The position numbers and the translations under genes are program-made. Positions 1 through 9,393 of a stretch of DNA of 64,000 bases are shown here, piece by piece; the stretch's first letter is position 1; each line of letters begins with the position of its first letter. Under the pieces are notes generated by a model. The model was not told where the DNA came from, did not search any database, and was given only the letters and a program-made list of their open reading frames with translations. The stretch spans positions 94,494 through 158,493 of the forward strand of contig JAKBHL010000011.1 in assembly GCA_021836725.1 (NCBI GenBank), given 5' to 3'. The DNA is from a bacterium (GTDB taxonomy: Bacteria; Patescibacteriota; Minisyncoccia; Phycocordibacterales; Phycocordibacteraceae).

Positions 1-255
1 CTCTCGGTGAAACAAATCATGGACACCGCAGCGCGCTTTGACGCGACGGTCGTCGGCCCCGTGCCGCTTCCGACTGAAATCAAGCGCTGGACGGTGAACC
101 GTTCGACGTTCGTCCACAAAGACGCGCGGGAGCAGTTCGAGATGCGCATCCATAAGCGCCTCATCGATATCCTGAACCCTTCGCCAAAGGTCATCGAGGC
201 TCTCACGAACCTGAACCTGCCAAGCGGTGTGACCATCGACGTGAAGATGGTCTAG
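1..255 (+). CDS. rpsJ: 30S ribosomal protein uS10 (5' end cut off by window edge)
   Basis: GPVPLPT...RSTFVHKDAREQFEMRIHKRLIDI uS10 motifs; frame open from base 1. Confidence 0.97.
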   Translation, partial: LSVKQIMDTAARFDATVVGPVPLPTEIKRWTVNRSTFVHKDAREQFEMRIHKRLIDILNPSPKVIEALTNLNLPSGVTIDVKMV

Positions 256-278
256 CGGAGCGTTTCCAAAAAGACTGC

Positions 279-320
279 CAAGAAAACAAAAACGCCCGTA
301 CGGGCGTTTTTGTTTTCTTG
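279..320. terminator. Perfect 42-bp palindrome, probable intrinsic terminator after rpsJ
   Basis: caagaaaacaaaaacgcccgt|acgggcgtttttgttttcttg; GC stem followed by T tracts. Confidence 0.7.
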
Positions 321-346
321 CATTGTCCGGCCCGGTAGTGTAGTGT
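318..346 (+). promoter_or_regulatory. Putative sigma70 promoter for rplC
   Basis: TTGCAT (318-323), 17 bp, TAGTGT (341-346). Confidence 0.45.
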
Positions 347-430
347 ATGCCCTAACGCTACGTACGGCGCCTTCGGCCGGACCTATGGCAACTCGCGCGA
401 CGCGATTTGCCGTTGCGCGTTTTGCTTTAA

Positions 431-1048
431 ATGAAATTCATTCTCGCAAAGAAAAAGGGCATGACCCGTATCTTCACGGAAGATGGACGCGCGAAGGCGG
501 CCACTATTTTGGATGCCGGAGCGATGACCGTTACGCAGGTAAAGAGCACAGACGGCAAAGACGGCTATGCGGCGGTCCAGGTCGGCACGGGCATCCGCAA
601 GACGAAGAATGTCAGCAAAGCCGTTTTAGGACATACCAAAGGCAAAGGCTACGCGGCTCTTCGCGAGTTCCGCACCGATGGCGCCGCAACGGGAGTCGGC
701 AGCGAGATCGACGTATCGATTTTTGCCGTCGGCGACACAGTGCGCGTCTCAGGCCTTACCAAAGGCAAGGGTTTTGCGGGCGTGGTGAAGCGCCATGGTT
801 TCCATGGCGGGCCGCGCACCCACGGTCAGAAGCACTCCGAGCGCGAGGCGGGTTCCATCGGCGGATCGGGCGGCCGAGCGGGCGGGCGTGTCGCCAAAGG
901 CATCCGCATGGCCGGTCGCATGGGCCAGGATCGTGTCACGGTCGAGAATCTCAAAGTGCTCTCCGTCGATGCGGCGGCGGGCGAGATCATCGTCTCGGGG
1001 GCGGTACCGGGCGCCCGCGGCACGCTTCTTGAGATAGTCTCCGCATAA
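431..1048 (+). CDS. rplC: 50S ribosomal protein uL3
   Basis: KKKGMTRIF, DGYAAVQVG, TKGKGFAGVVKRHGF, RMAGRMG. Confidence 0.98.
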   Translation: MKFILAKKKGMTRIFTEDGRAKAATILDAGAMTVTQVKSTDGKDGYAAVQVGTGIRKTKNVSKAVLGHTKGKGYAALREFRTDGAATGVGSEIDVSIFAVGDTVRVSGLTKGKGFAGVVKRHGFHGGPRTHGQKHSEREAGSIGGSGGRAGGRVAKGIRMAGRMGQDRVTVENLKVLSVDAAAGEIIVSGAVPGARGTLLEIVSA

Positions 1049-1058
1049 CCTGCACACC

Positions 1059-1811
1059 ATGACCACCGCAAAGAAAACGACATCAAAAAAGAAGACCGCC
1101 TCGGCGCCCGTCGCGCGCACGGCGAAAGCCGCGCCGACCTCGCTTGAACTGGCGATCTTTTCCATGGCCGGCGGGAAAGTCGGGACCATCGCGCTTCCGG
1201 ATGCGCTTTTCGGCGCACCCTGGAGGAGCGATCTCGTGCACCAGGTGACGACCGCGATGCAGGCGAACGCGCGCCAAAACCGCGCCCATACGAAAGATCG
1301 TTCCGAAGTCTCGGGCGGCGGCAAGAAGCCGTGGAAGCAAAAAGGCACCGGCCAGGCGCGCCATGGTTCGAGCCGTTCGCCGATCTGGCGCCATGGCGGC
1401 GTCACATTCGGCCCGCGCAAAGAGCGTGATTACAGCGAGAAGATCAACCGCAAGATGCGCATCAATGCGCTCATCTCGGTCCTTTCGAGGAAAGCGAAAG
1501 ACGGTGAAATAATCCTGGTAGACAAGTTTTCCTTTGCCGCGCCGAAGACCGCGCTCGCAAAAAACGCGCTCCTCGCGCTCGCCAAAGGGGCCGACGCCGC
1601 GCCGCTCGCAGCGAAAAAGAAAAACGCGGCGCTCCTCGCGCTCGCCGGCTATGATGACGCTCTAGTGAAGAGTTTCCGCAATCTCGCCTCGGTCGCCACG
1701 GAGGAAGCGCGCAACTTAAACCCGGTTGATGTGATGGCGCACAAATACCTCATCATAGAAAATCCGGAAGCGGCATTCGCCGTGCTTCTTGCGCGCGCCA
1801 AAGCTAAATAA
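1059..1811 (+). CDS. rplD: 50S ribosomal protein uL4 with K/T/A-rich N-terminal extension
   Basis: TKDRSEVSGGGKKPWKQKGTGQARHGSSRSPIWRHGGVTFGP. Confidence 0.98.
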   Translation: MTTAKKTTSKKKTASAPVARTAKAAPTSLELAIFSMAGGKVGTIALPDALFGAPWRSDLVHQVTTAMQANARQNRAHTKDRSEVSGGGKKPWKQKGTGQARHGSSRSPIWRHGGVTFGPRKERDYSEKINRKMRINALISVLSRKAKDGEIILVDKFSFAAPKTALAKNALLALAKGADAAPLAAKKKNAALLALAGYDDALVKSFRNLASVATEEARNLNPVDVMAHKYLIIENPEAAFAVLLARAKAK

Positions 1812-1817
1812 ATCACC

Positions 1818-2177
1818 ATGGCAATCTTCGGCACCACCAAGAAAGAGAAAGAAACGAAACGCGTACCGCAAACGCGCGCTCGAAAGCTCGTAAGCGGCAT
1901 CGCGCACGAAATTATTCGCGCGCCGTGGTTCTCTGAAAAAGCGCTTATCGCGACCGAGAAAGGCGTCTATACGTTCTCTGTGCCCTCGCGCGCCACCAAA
2001 GCCGACATCGCCGGCGCGCTCAAAGAAATATACAAGGTCGCCCCGCGGAAGATCCGCATCGTGAATCTCCCCGCGAAACGCAAAGCGATGCGCACGCGCC
2101 GCGGCGTAGGCACGCGCGCCGCGCGCCGCAAGGCCTATGTGTATCTGAAAGCGGGCGACACCATCCAGTTCGCCTAA
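1818..2177 (+). CDS. rplW: 50S ribosomal protein uL23
   Basis: PWFSEKA, YTFSV...ATKADI, KAYVYLKAG; operon position. Confidence 0.95.
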   Translation: MAIFGTTKKEKETKRVPQTRARKLVSGIAHEIIRAPWFSEKALIATEKGVYTFSVPSRATKADIAGALKEIYKVAPRKIRIVNLPAKRKAMRTRRGVGTRAARRKAYVYLKAGDTIQFA

Positions 2178-2196
2178 GTTGCCTAATTATTTTCGT

Positions 2197-3045
2197 ATGA
2201 AATCCTATCGCCCCACCACCAAGAGCCGCCGCCACATGACCACACTGCCGTACCGGGAGCTTCTCTCGGGCGATGCGCCGCACAAGCCGTTGATGAGAAA
2301 GAAGAAACGCCAAGGTGGCCGAAACGGTTTCGGACGCATTACGACGCGCCACCAGGGCGGCGGTCACAAGCGCCGTTTGCGGGACGTAGACTTTATCTAC
2401 GACAAGAAAGATATTCCGGCGAAAATCGAAACCGTCGAGTATGATCCTTTCCGTTCCGCTTTCATCGGACTCGCACTCTATCGCGACGGCGCGCGCCGCT
2501 ACGTCGTCCTTCCCAAGGAGCTCGGAGTCGGTTCCTCCTTTATCGTCTCGGAACACGCGCCGCTTACGCTCGGGAATCGTCTCCCGCTCGGCAAAATCCC
2601 CGTCGGCACCCTTGTGTACAACGTCGAGCTTTCTCCGGGCGCGGGCGCCGTGCTCGCCCGTTCCGCCGGGAACGCCGCCGAAGTGGTCGCGCATGACGGG
2701 GGATATGCCCAGCTGAAGCTTCCTTCAAGCGAAATCCGCAAGGTATCTGATCTCGCGTGGGCGAGCATCGGAATGGTAGGCAACGAAGAATACAATCTCG
2801 TCGTCATCGGCAAAGCGGGGCGTAGCCGCTGGATGGGCATCCGTCCGACCGTCCGTGGAACCGCCATGAACCCGGTCGACCATCCTCATGGCGGCGGCGA
2901 AGGCAAACAAGGCCGCGGTCTCAAGCGCGCAAAGACCATGTGGGGGAAACCCTCCGGCAAGGGTCAGAAGACGCGAACGCCGAAAAAGTACTCGAACAAT
3001 CTCATCATTTCCCGCAGGAAAGTCGGCAAGAAACGCAAAGGATAA
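2197..3045 (+). CDS. rplB: 50S ribosomal protein uL2
   Basis: GRITTRHQGGGHKR, EYDP, RPTVRGTAMNPVDHPHGGGEG; ATG at 2197 preferred over upstream TTG. Confidence 0.98.
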   Translation: MKSYRPTTKSRRHMTTLPYRELLSGDAPHKPLMRKKKRQGGRNGFGRITTRHQGGGHKRRLRDVDFIYDKKDIPAKIETVEYDPFRSAFIGLALYRDGARRYVVLPKELGVGSSFIVSEHAPLTLGNRLPLGKIPVGTLVYNVELSPGAGAVLARSAGNAAEVVAHDGGYAQLKLPSSEIRKVSDLAWASIGMVGNEEYNLVVIGKAGRSRWMGIRPTVRGTAMNPVDHPHGGGEGKQGRGLKRAKTMWGKPSGKGQKTRTPKKYSNNLIISRRKVGKKRKG

Positions 3046-3057
3046 TGGTTCCGCTCA

Positions 3058-3089
3058 CAACAGCCCCGCACGAAAGTGCGGGGCTGTTG
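3058..3089. terminator. 14-bp hairpin with GAAA loop after rplB
   Basis: caacagccccgcac-gaaa-gtgcggggctgttg between convergent genes; no strong U tract. Confidence 0.55.
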
Positions 3090-3090
3090 C

Positions 3091-3448
3091 CAGAACCCAT
3101 CTCAATCTCCCAAGATGACATCTTGAAGACGCTATCTCACTTTGAATTAGGAAACTCCATTTGCGACACGCTCCTCGCTTCCTGCGACTCGTCGCTCTGT
3201 CCTTGCGCTCTCGTTTTTGGCTCGCAAAGCGCGTAGTATAGCCAAAAAACACCAAGCTCAGCGCCTTGCGGACGGTCGCAAATGGAGTTTCCTAATTCAA
3301 AGTATCTCAAACCCCCCGCGAGGGATATGCGGCAGAAAGAGGCTTACGGAGCGTGACGACGCGAGTACGAGCCGCTTTTTGAGCACAAAAAGACGGCGTA
3401 CTCCTTTCTGCAGCATACCCGAGCGGGGAAGTTTGAGACGGGTTCTAG
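3091..3448 (+). mobile_element. Repeat family A copy 1 (MITE-like) with nested insertions
   Basis: Ends agaacccatctcaa / ttgagacgggttct; core ~3323-3420 ggatatgcggcagaaagaggcttacggagc...ctttctgcagcataccc; right-hand CTAG overlaps the stop codon of the minus-strand gene. Confidence 0.85.
3139..3303. mobile_element. 165-bp MITE (family B) with 29-bp perfect terminal inverted repeats and 5-bp target duplication
   Basis: actttgaattaggaaactccatttgcgac (3139-3167) is the exact reverse complement of 3275-3303; flanked by ATCTC (3134-3138 and 3304-3308). Confidence 0.85.
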
Positions 3449-4185
3449 CGGTAGTGCGGATTCAGGATAGCTCCGAGGGTAGCGAGAGGGATGCGGAGCG
3501 TCTGGGGGCCAAGGGCATACGGAGCGACCTGGTACGGGTCGAAGAGGATATCGAGATAGCCGTTATCGATGAAGAAATTTTCGAAATTCTTCGCTTCGGG
3601 CGTCGTACCGCGCGTAATGAAGCCCGTGTCGGCATTTTTCCCTATGACGCCCGGGAGCTCTGCACGGCTGATTGCGGAAAGGGTGTCCAGATACGTTGCA
3701 TTCGGCGCGAAGAGATCGGCGAGCGTGAGTTTCGCGCCCGTTGAAGTGTCAAAGGTGAACGTGTGGAAAAACAGATTTCCGTGCGCGCCGAGCGTGTTTT
3801 CATAGACGGTAAAGATGTATGACACCGTGTGCGGCGAAGATGAGACGAGATATTTGATCTGTAGCGTTTGCTTCGCGCCGCCCGGCGGATATGCGGCATT
3901 CCCTCCGGTTTTGAACTGGGAAATCACGCCGCCGATGTAGCTTTGTATGCGTGCGATGGCTTTTCCGTTCGCTCCGCTTGCAAGGGGGGTGGTAGTCGGG
4001 TAATTCGCGGCAATAACATACTCTGGCGACTGCTCCGTATAGGCTCCCGCAGGTAAAAGGACGGGTGTCTGCGTATCTGCCGCGCTCGTCGGCGCTTTCA
4101 CAGGCACCGGCCGCAGAGCGACATAGACGACGATCCCCGCAAGGACAACGCCGATGACCGTAATGCCAAAAATATCCTTTCGCAT
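3445..4185 (-). CDS. Membrane-anchored DUF3298/RsiV-like protein
   Basis: N-terminal TM helix; GAHG...TFTFD...L.LADLF and F.PYQVAPYA.G motifs. Confidence 0.8.
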   Translation of the reverse strand: MRKDIFGITVIGVVLAGIVVYVALRPVPVKAPTSAADTQTPVLLPAGAYTEQSPEYVIAANYPTTTPLASGANGKAIARIQSYIGGVISQFKTGGNAAYPPGGAKQTLQIKYLVSSSPHTVSYIFTVYENTLGAHGNLFFHTFTFDTSTGAKLTLADLFAPNATYLDTLSAISRAELPGVIGKNADTGFITRGTTPEAKNFENFFIDNGYLDILFDPYQVAPYALGPQTLRIPLATLGAILNPHYR

Positions 4186-4215
4186 ACGCTGTAGTGTAAC
4201 AAACTCGAGGCTCGT

Positions 4216-4244
4216 TTGACGATTCCCCGCCGCTCCTGTATCTT
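4216..4244 (+). promoter_or_regulatory. Putative sigma70 promoter restarting the operon at rpsS
   Basis: TTGACG (4216-4221), 17 bp, TATCTT (4239-4244). Confidence 0.6.
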
Positions 4245-4283
4245 TCAGGTACCTCGCGCTTGCGCGGGCTTTTCATTGCTTAC

Positions 4284-4622
4284 ATGGCACGCTCACTCAA
4301 AAAAGGACCTTTCGTGGACGCCAAGCTCCTGAAGAAGGTCAGCCACGTAAAACCGGCATCAGCCGGGGTTATTAACACGTGGGCGCGCAGGAGCCAGATA
4401 AGCCCGGAAATGGTCGGTTTTACTTTCGGCGTGCACAACGGCAAGCAGCACGTCGAGGTGCTCGTTTCCGAAGATATGGTGGGGCACCGCCTCGGCGAGT
4501 TCTCGCCGACCAAAAAATTCATCCGCCACGGCGGTAAAATGCAGAAAGAGATTGAGCAGAAGAAACAGCAGGCCGAGATTGCCGGAGCGAAAGCGGCAAA
4601 AGAATCCACTGCAAAGAAATAG
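4284..4622 (+). CDS. rpsS: 30S ribosomal protein uS19 with C-terminal extension
   Basis: [29 protein letters not shown]. Confidence 0.98.
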   Translation: MARSLKKGPFVDAKLLKKVSHVKPASAGVINTWARRSQISPEMVGFTFGVHNGKQHVEVLVSEDMVGHRLGEFSPTKKFIRHGGKMQKEIEQKKQQAEIAGAKAAKESTAKK

Positions 4623-4625
4623 TGT

Positions 4626-4946
4626 ATGGCATACGCAACTCTTGAAAGTCATAACCAATCGCCGCGCAAGATGCGGCTCGTTACGGATCTTGTGAAAGGG
4701 AAAAAAATTCCCGCCGCGCTTGCCGCGCTCCAATTTCTCCCGAAACGCGCCGCAGAACCTATCGCGAAGCTCATCAAGAGCGCGGCCGCAAACGCGAAGA
4801 GCCGGGGCGAGAATCCCGAAGAATTAACAGTGCGCTCGATAACCGTCGAGAGTGCCGGCACACTGAAGCGCTATATGCCCCGCGCCTTCGGCCGCGCTTC
4901 GCTCATCCGCCGCCGCAAAAGCCGCGTCAAGGTGACGCTCGCATAA
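4626..4946 (+). CDS. rplV: 50S ribosomal protein uL22
   Basis: SPRKMRLV, SAAANA, PRAFGRA. Confidence 0.96.
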   Translation: MAYATLESHNQSPRKMRLVTDLVKGKKIPAALAALQFLPKRAAEPIAKLIKSAAANAKSRGENPEELTVRSITVESAGTLKRYMPRAFGRASLIRRRKSRVKVTLA

Positions 4947-4953
4947 ATTATTT

Positions 4954-5658
4954 ATGACGCACACCGTACATCCTTACGCCCATCGTCTCGGCATCATCCG
5001 GGACTGGAAGAGCCGCTGGTTTGCGCGCGATAAGCAGAGCTATCGCGAGAATATCAAGGTCGACGAGACTATCCGCCGGTTCCTTGCCAAGCGATTGCGC
5101 GGGACCTACACGAGCGGCATCGACATCGAGCGTTCGGAAAGCGAACTGCGCGTCATCCTTTCGACTTCGCGCCCGGGTCTCGTCATCGGCCGTTCGGGCG
5201 AGAATGCGACGAAATTGCGGAAAGAAATCTCCGAGACGATCCGCCGCGTGGCGCCCAAGGACCGCCGCACGCTCAAATTCGACATCAACGAAGTCCGCCA
5301 GCCGGAGACGGATGCCGCCGCGGTCGCGTACATGGTCGCGGAGGGGCTCGAAAAGCGAATGCCGTTCCGCCGCGTGTTGAAGCAAACGGTCGAGAAAGTC
5401 ATCGCGGCGCGCGAGGTCGAAGGGGTGCGCATCACGGTCTCCGGCAGGCTCGGCGGCGCGGAAATGAGCCGCAAAGAAGAGCTCAAGAAAGGCCGCATTC
5501 CGCTGCAGACGTTTCGCGCGGACATCGACTTCGCGCATGAAGTGGCGCATCTCCCGTACGGGATCATCGGCATCAAGGTATGGATCTATCGCGGGAACGT
5601 GTATCAGGACAAGAAGACGTCAGTGCGCCTGTCTTCGGGCGAACCGGCCCGCGGCTAG
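4954..5658 (+). CDS. rpsC: 30S ribosomal protein uS3
   Basis: HP...RLGI..W.SRWF, RPGLVIGR, SGRLGGAE, GRIPLQT.RADIDF, GIKVWI. Confidence 0.98.
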   Translation: MTHTVHPYAHRLGIIRDWKSRWFARDKQSYRENIKVDETIRRFLAKRLRGTYTSGIDIERSESELRVILSTSRPGLVIGRSGENATKLRKEISETIRRVAPKDRRTLKFDINEVRQPETDAAAVAYMVAEGLEKRMPFRRVLKQTVEKVIAAREVEGVRITVSGRLGGAEMSRKEELKKGRIPLQTFRADIDFAHEVAHLPYGIIGIKVWIYRGNVYQDKKTSVRLSSGEPARG

Positions 5659-5679
5659 TGCCCGGGTGTACATTTTCGT

Positions 5680-6102
5680 ATGTTATTTCCAAAAAAAGTA
5701 AAACACCGCAAATGGCAGACGCAGCGCAAAAGCGCGAAGCGCTTGAGCCGTCCCGATACCCGCGGTACGACCATCGTCTTCGGTTCATTCGCCCTGAAAG
5801 CGCTCACGAGCGCGCGCATGACGAGCAACCAGATAGAAGCGGCGCGCAAAGTTCTTACCCGTGCGACCGCAAAGACAGGCAAGCTCTGGATCCGTATCTT
5901 TCCGGACCGGCCGGTGACCGCCAAGCCCGCGGAAGTGGGCATGGGAAGCGGCAAGGGCGACCCGAAGCACTACGTGTTTGAAGTGCGCCCGGGGCGCATA
6001 CTTTTTGAAATGGACGGCGTCGCCGAAAGCATCGCGCGCGCGCATTTGCGCCAGGCGAGCATGAAGTTGCCGGTCAAGACCTCGATAATCACGCGGCACT
6101 AA
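5680..6102 (+). CDS. rplP: 50S ribosomal protein uL16
   Basis: QIEAAR, WIRIFPD.P.T.KP.EV.MG.GKG, KLP. Confidence 0.98.
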   Translation: MLFPKKVKHRKWQTQRKSAKRLSRPDTRGTTIVFGSFALKALTSARMTSNQIEAARKVLTRATAKTGKLWIRIFPDRPVTAKPAEVGMGSGKGDPKHYVFEVRPGRILFEMDGVAESIARAHLRQASMKLPVKTSIITRH

Positions 6103-6125
6103 TTTTATTACTTTTTCATATTTTT

Positions 6126-6326
6126 ATGGTAAAAAAGAACACTATGACGACCAAAACGGATCAGGAGCTTGCGAAACTCCTTCTCGATACGCGCATCCAT
6201 CTGCGAACTGAGCGTTTTGCGGCTGCCGGCGCGCGCCCGAAAGATTCGAGCTCGCCGAAGAAGCTGCGCAAGACCATCGCACGCGCGCTTACCGAGCAGC
6301 ACGCGCGTGCGCATCGAACCGTCTAA
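6126..6326 (+). CDS. rpmC: 50S ribosomal protein uL29
   Basis: Size, position, LRKTIARALT; start could also be ATG 6144. Confidence 0.9.
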   Translation: MVKKNTMTTKTDQELAKLLLDTRIHLRTERFAAAGARPKDSSSPKKLRKTIARALTEQHARAHRTV

Positions 6327-6330
6327 TCAT

Positions 6331-6603
6331 ATGGAACACCGCGCCCCTCGTCCTCAATCGTTTGCCGGCGTCGTCGTAAAGACGGCCATGAAAGACACGG
6401 CCACGGTCCGCGTTGATCGCTTCGTGAAGCATCCGAAGTACAAAAAGTATTTCGTCCGCTCGAAGAAGTACCTTGCGCACGACCCGGGGAATACCGCTCA
6501 GGTCGGCGACAAAGTCACCATCGTCGCAACGCACCCGCTTTCGAAACTGAAGCATTTCGCAATCGCTCGCGCGAAAGACGCGTCCGTCGACGCGAAAAAC
6601 TAG
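6331..6603 (+). CDS. rpsQ: 30S ribosomal protein uS17
   Basis: GVVVK.AMKDTATV, HPKYKK...SKKYLAHD, GDKV.I, PLSK.K.F. Confidence 0.96.
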   Translation: MEHRAPRPQSFAGVVVKTAMKDTATVRVDRFVKHPKYKKYFVRSKKYLAHDPGNTAQVGDKVTIVATHPLSKLKHFAIARAKDASVDAKN

Positions 6604-6604
6604 T

Positions 6605-6982
6605 ATGTTGCAGCCCCAATCCATCGTCATGGTCGCAGATAATTCCGGCGGGAAGATCGCACGGGTATTCAAAGTGCTTGGCGGTTCCAAGCGCCGCTAC
6701 GCGCGCATCGGCGATACGGTCGTCATCGCCATCCAGACCGCCGAGCCGCGCAAAGCGGTGAAGAAAAAGGACATCTGCCGCGCGGTCGTCGTGCGGCAGA
6801 CGAAGCCTTTCGCCAGGAAAGACGGTTCGTACATACGTTTCGATGAGAATGCAGTCGTCATCGTCGAGAAGCAGGGCAAGGAAATGGCCCCGAAAGGGAA
6901 CCGGATCTTCGGCCCCGTTCCGCGCGAACTTTCCGAGCGCGGCTGGCACTCTATCGTCTCCTTGGCGCCCGAAGTCGTCTAA
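6605..6982 (+). CDS. rplN: 50S ribosomal protein uL14
   Basis: [35 protein letters not shown]. Confidence 0.98.
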   Translation: MLQPQSIVMVADNSGGKIARVFKVLGGSKRRYARIGDTVVIAIQTAEPRKAVKKKDICRAVVVRQTKPFARKDGSYIRFDENAVVIVEKQGKEMAPKGNRIFGPVPRELSERGWHSIVSLAPEVV

Positions 6983-6992
6983 TCATTTTCGT

Positions 6993-7223
6993 ATGCACGT
7001 CAAAAAAGGAGACAAAGTGAGGATAATTTCGGGCAAGGACAAGGGCGCGACCGGCGTCATCCTGCGCGCATTGCCGCGGGAAGACATGGTCGTCGTCGAA
7101 GGCGTCGCCATCGCGAAGCGCCACCGCAAGGGTCGTCCGGGCGAAGTGGGCCACATTGCCGAGCGCCCGCGGCCGATTCACGTGTCGAATGTCGTGCGCG
7201 TCGAATCAGCCAAAGGAAAATAA
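6993..7223 (+). CDS. rplX: 50S ribosomal protein uL24 (short form)
   Basis: [22 protein letters not shown]. Confidence 0.95.
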   Translation: MHVKKGDKVRIISGKDKGATGVILRALPREDMVVVEGVAIAKRHRKGRPGEVGHIAERPRPIHVSNVVRVESAKGK

Positions 7224-7230
7224 ATTGCCT

Positions 7231-7782
7231 ATGTCCATAACCAAACAAAGACAGCAGACCGCCTATCTCGCGCTCAAAGAAACATTCGGGTATACGAGCC
7301 CGATGCGGAGTCCGCGCGTGAGCAAGGTCATCGTCTCCTCAGGCGTGGGCAAGAAACGCGACAAGAAACAGCTCGAGCTCATCGAGGATCGTCTCGCGAA
7401 GATTACCGGGCAGAAACCCTCGCAGCGCGCTGCGCGCATCTCCATCGCTTCCTTCAAAGTGCGCGCAGGCGACACCGTCGGGCTTCAGGTGACGCTGCGC
7501 GGCGCGCGGATGTACGATTTTCTCGACAAGCTCATCCACATCGCGTTGCCGCGCACGCGCGATTTCCGCGGCCTTGCCCCAAACGCCATCGATGCGATGG
7601 GCAATATCACCATCGGCATCAAGGAGCATACTATTTTCCCGGAGACGAGCGATGAGGATCTGAAAGACGTTTTCGGTCTCGCCATAACCATCGTCACCAC
7701 CGCCTCGACCAAGGCCGAAGCCGAGGCGTTCCTGCGCCACCTCGGGTTGCCGCTTATCGTTGACTCGGGCGTAAAACGCTGA
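7231..7782 (+). CDS. rplE: 50S ribosomal protein uL5
   Basis: ITGQKP, VTLRG.RMYDFL, LPRTRDFRGL, IFPE. Confidence 0.98.
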   Translation: MSITKQRQQTAYLALKETFGYTSPMRSPRVSKVIVSSGVGKKRDKKQLELIEDRLAKITGQKPSQRAARISIASFKVRAGDTVGLQVTLRGARMYDFLDKLIHIALPRTRDFRGLAPNAIDAMGNITIGIKEHTIFPETSDEDLKDVFGLAITIVTTASTKAEAEAFLRHLGLPLIVDSGVKR

Positions 7783-7818
7783 TACTCTGGAGCGACGCTC
7801 CTCGGAGCTTTATTTTTT

Positions 7819-8088
7819 GTGGCAAAAAAATCCCAGCTGGCACGGTACGCCAAAAAGGCGAAACTCGTAAAGAAGTACGCGGTCAAGCGTGCGGCTTTGA
7901 AGCTCTCTGGCGATTTTGAGGGCCTCCAAAAGCTCCCGAGAAACTCTTCGCCGGTGCGCCTTAAGAACCGTTGCGCTATTTCGGGCCGTTCGCGCGGCTA
8001 TATGCGCGTCTTCGGACTCTCGCGCATCCAGTTCCGCGAGCTCGCGCGCGAAGGGAAGATCCCGGGCGTCAAAAAAGCATCATGGTAA
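7819..8088 (+). CDS. rpsN: 30S ribosomal protein uS14, 89-aa Zn-independent form
   Basis: [28 protein letters not shown]; only one Cys; GTG start. Confidence 0.96.
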   Translation: MAKKSQLARYAKKAKLVKKYAVKRAALKLSGDFEGLQKLPRNSSPVRLKNRCAISGRSRGYMRVFGLSRIQFRELAREGKIPGVKKASW

Positions 8089-8486
8089 GCGACCGCGTCG
8101 GCGATTTCATCATCCGTCTGCAAAATGCCGCGCGCATCGGGAAGCGCGACGTCGGCGTGCCGTATTCCGGGCATCTTTTCGCTATCGCTAAAAAACTGAA
8201 GGAACTCGGTTTCCTTACCGCGGTCGAAGTGAAAACGAAAGAGGGCGAAGGCGTAAAGAAGCTGTTTACCGCGACGCTCGCTTACGACGAGCGCGGGCTC
8301 CCGAAATTGCGCGGCGTGAAGCGCGTGAGCAAACCGGGCCGCCGGCTCTATGCGGCGCATACATCTGCGCATCGGGTGAAAGGCGGCACCGGCGCGCGCA
8401 TCCTTTCTTCCTCGAGCGGTATCGTCTCCGACAGAGAGGCGCGCAAGAATAAGGTCGGCGGCGAAGAGCTTTTCGAAATCTGGTAA
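8082..8486 (+). CDS. rpsH: 30S ribosomal protein uS8
   Basis: [30 protein letters not shown]. Confidence 0.96.
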   Translation: MVSDRVGDFIIRLQNAARIGKRDVGVPYSGHLFAIAKKLKELGFLTAVEVKTKEGEGVKKLFTATLAYDERGLPKLRGVKRVSKPGRRLYAAHTSAHRVKGGTGARILSSSSGIVSDREARKNKVGGEELFEIW

Positions 8487-8499
8487 TACAGACACCACC

Positions 8500-9030
8500 A
8501 TGAGCCGCCTCGCAAAAAAGCCGATAGCGATAGGGAAAACCGCAGTCCTCGTGGAGGGCGGGGTACTTTCCGTGAAAGGCGCCAAGGGCGCGCTTACCAA
8601 ACGCATACACCCGGCGGTCGCCATTGCGGTCGATGAGAACGGCGTCTCGATCACGCCGAAAGACCGTTCGCGCCTCGCCAAGGCGCTCACCGGCACGTTC
8701 GCTTCGCATGTGAAAAACATGATGGCCGGCGTCGAGACGCCCTACGTGAAGAAACTCATTCTCGAAGGCGTCGGCTATCGTGTCGAAGTCAAAGGAAGCG
8801 ATATCGTCTTGTCCGTCGGTTTCTCCCACACGGTCGCGCTCAAGATACCGGCGGATGTCTCGGCAACAGTCGAAAAGAACGTTATAAAAATCGAAAGCAT
8901 AAACAAAGAGTCGCTCGGACAATTTGCGGCGGACATACGGCGCGTGAAGCCGCCCGAACCGTACCTGGGGAAGGGCATCCGTTACGAAGGAGAAGTGATC
9001 CGCCGCAAACAAGGCAAGAAAGCCGCTTAA
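8500..9030 (+). CDS. rplF: 50S ribosomal protein uL6
   Basis: MSR..K.PI, GVGYR, GFSH, PEPYLGKGIRY. Confidence 0.98.
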   Translation: MSRLAKKPIAIGKTAVLVEGGVLSVKGAKGALTKRIHPAVAIAVDENGVSITPKDRSRLAKALTGTFASHVKNMMAGVETPYVKKLILEGVGYRVEVKGSDIVLSVGFSHTVALKIPADVSATVEKNVIKIESINKESLGQFAADIRRVKPPEPYLGKGIRYEGEVIRRKQGKKAA

Positions 9031-9039
9031 TTTTTGCAT

Positions 9040-9390
9040 ATGACTCACGGATCAAAAACGAATACGGAACTGCGGGCGCGCCGCCGCACTCGCATCCGAG
9101 CGCTTGTCAAAGGGACCGCGGCGCGCCCGCGTCTCGCGGTCTTCAAGAGCAATCGCTTCGTCTCAGCGCAGCTTATTGACGACGTGGCAGGAAAGACCAT
9201 CGCCGCCGCGCACGGACGCGAGTTCAAGGGCGCGCAATCCCTACAGGCGGCATCGGTCGGCGAAGCGATCGCACGAAAAGCTCGGGCAACCGGTATCACC
9301 ACGATCGTCTTCGATCGCGGCGGCTACCGTTATGGCGGACAGGTTAAGGCGCTCGCGGACGCAGCGCGGGCGGGCGGACTCATTTTTTAA
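9040..9390 (+). CDS. rplR: 50S ribosomal protein uL18
   Basis: RPRLAVFKSN, AQLIDD, VFDRGGYRY.G.V.ALA. Confidence 0.97.
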   Translation: MTHGSKTNTELRARRRTRIRALVKGTAARPRLAVFKSNRFVSAQLIDDVAGKTIAAAHGREFKGAQSLQAASVGEAIARKARATGITTIVFDRGGYRYGGQVKALADAARAGGLIF

Positions 9391-9393
9391 TTT

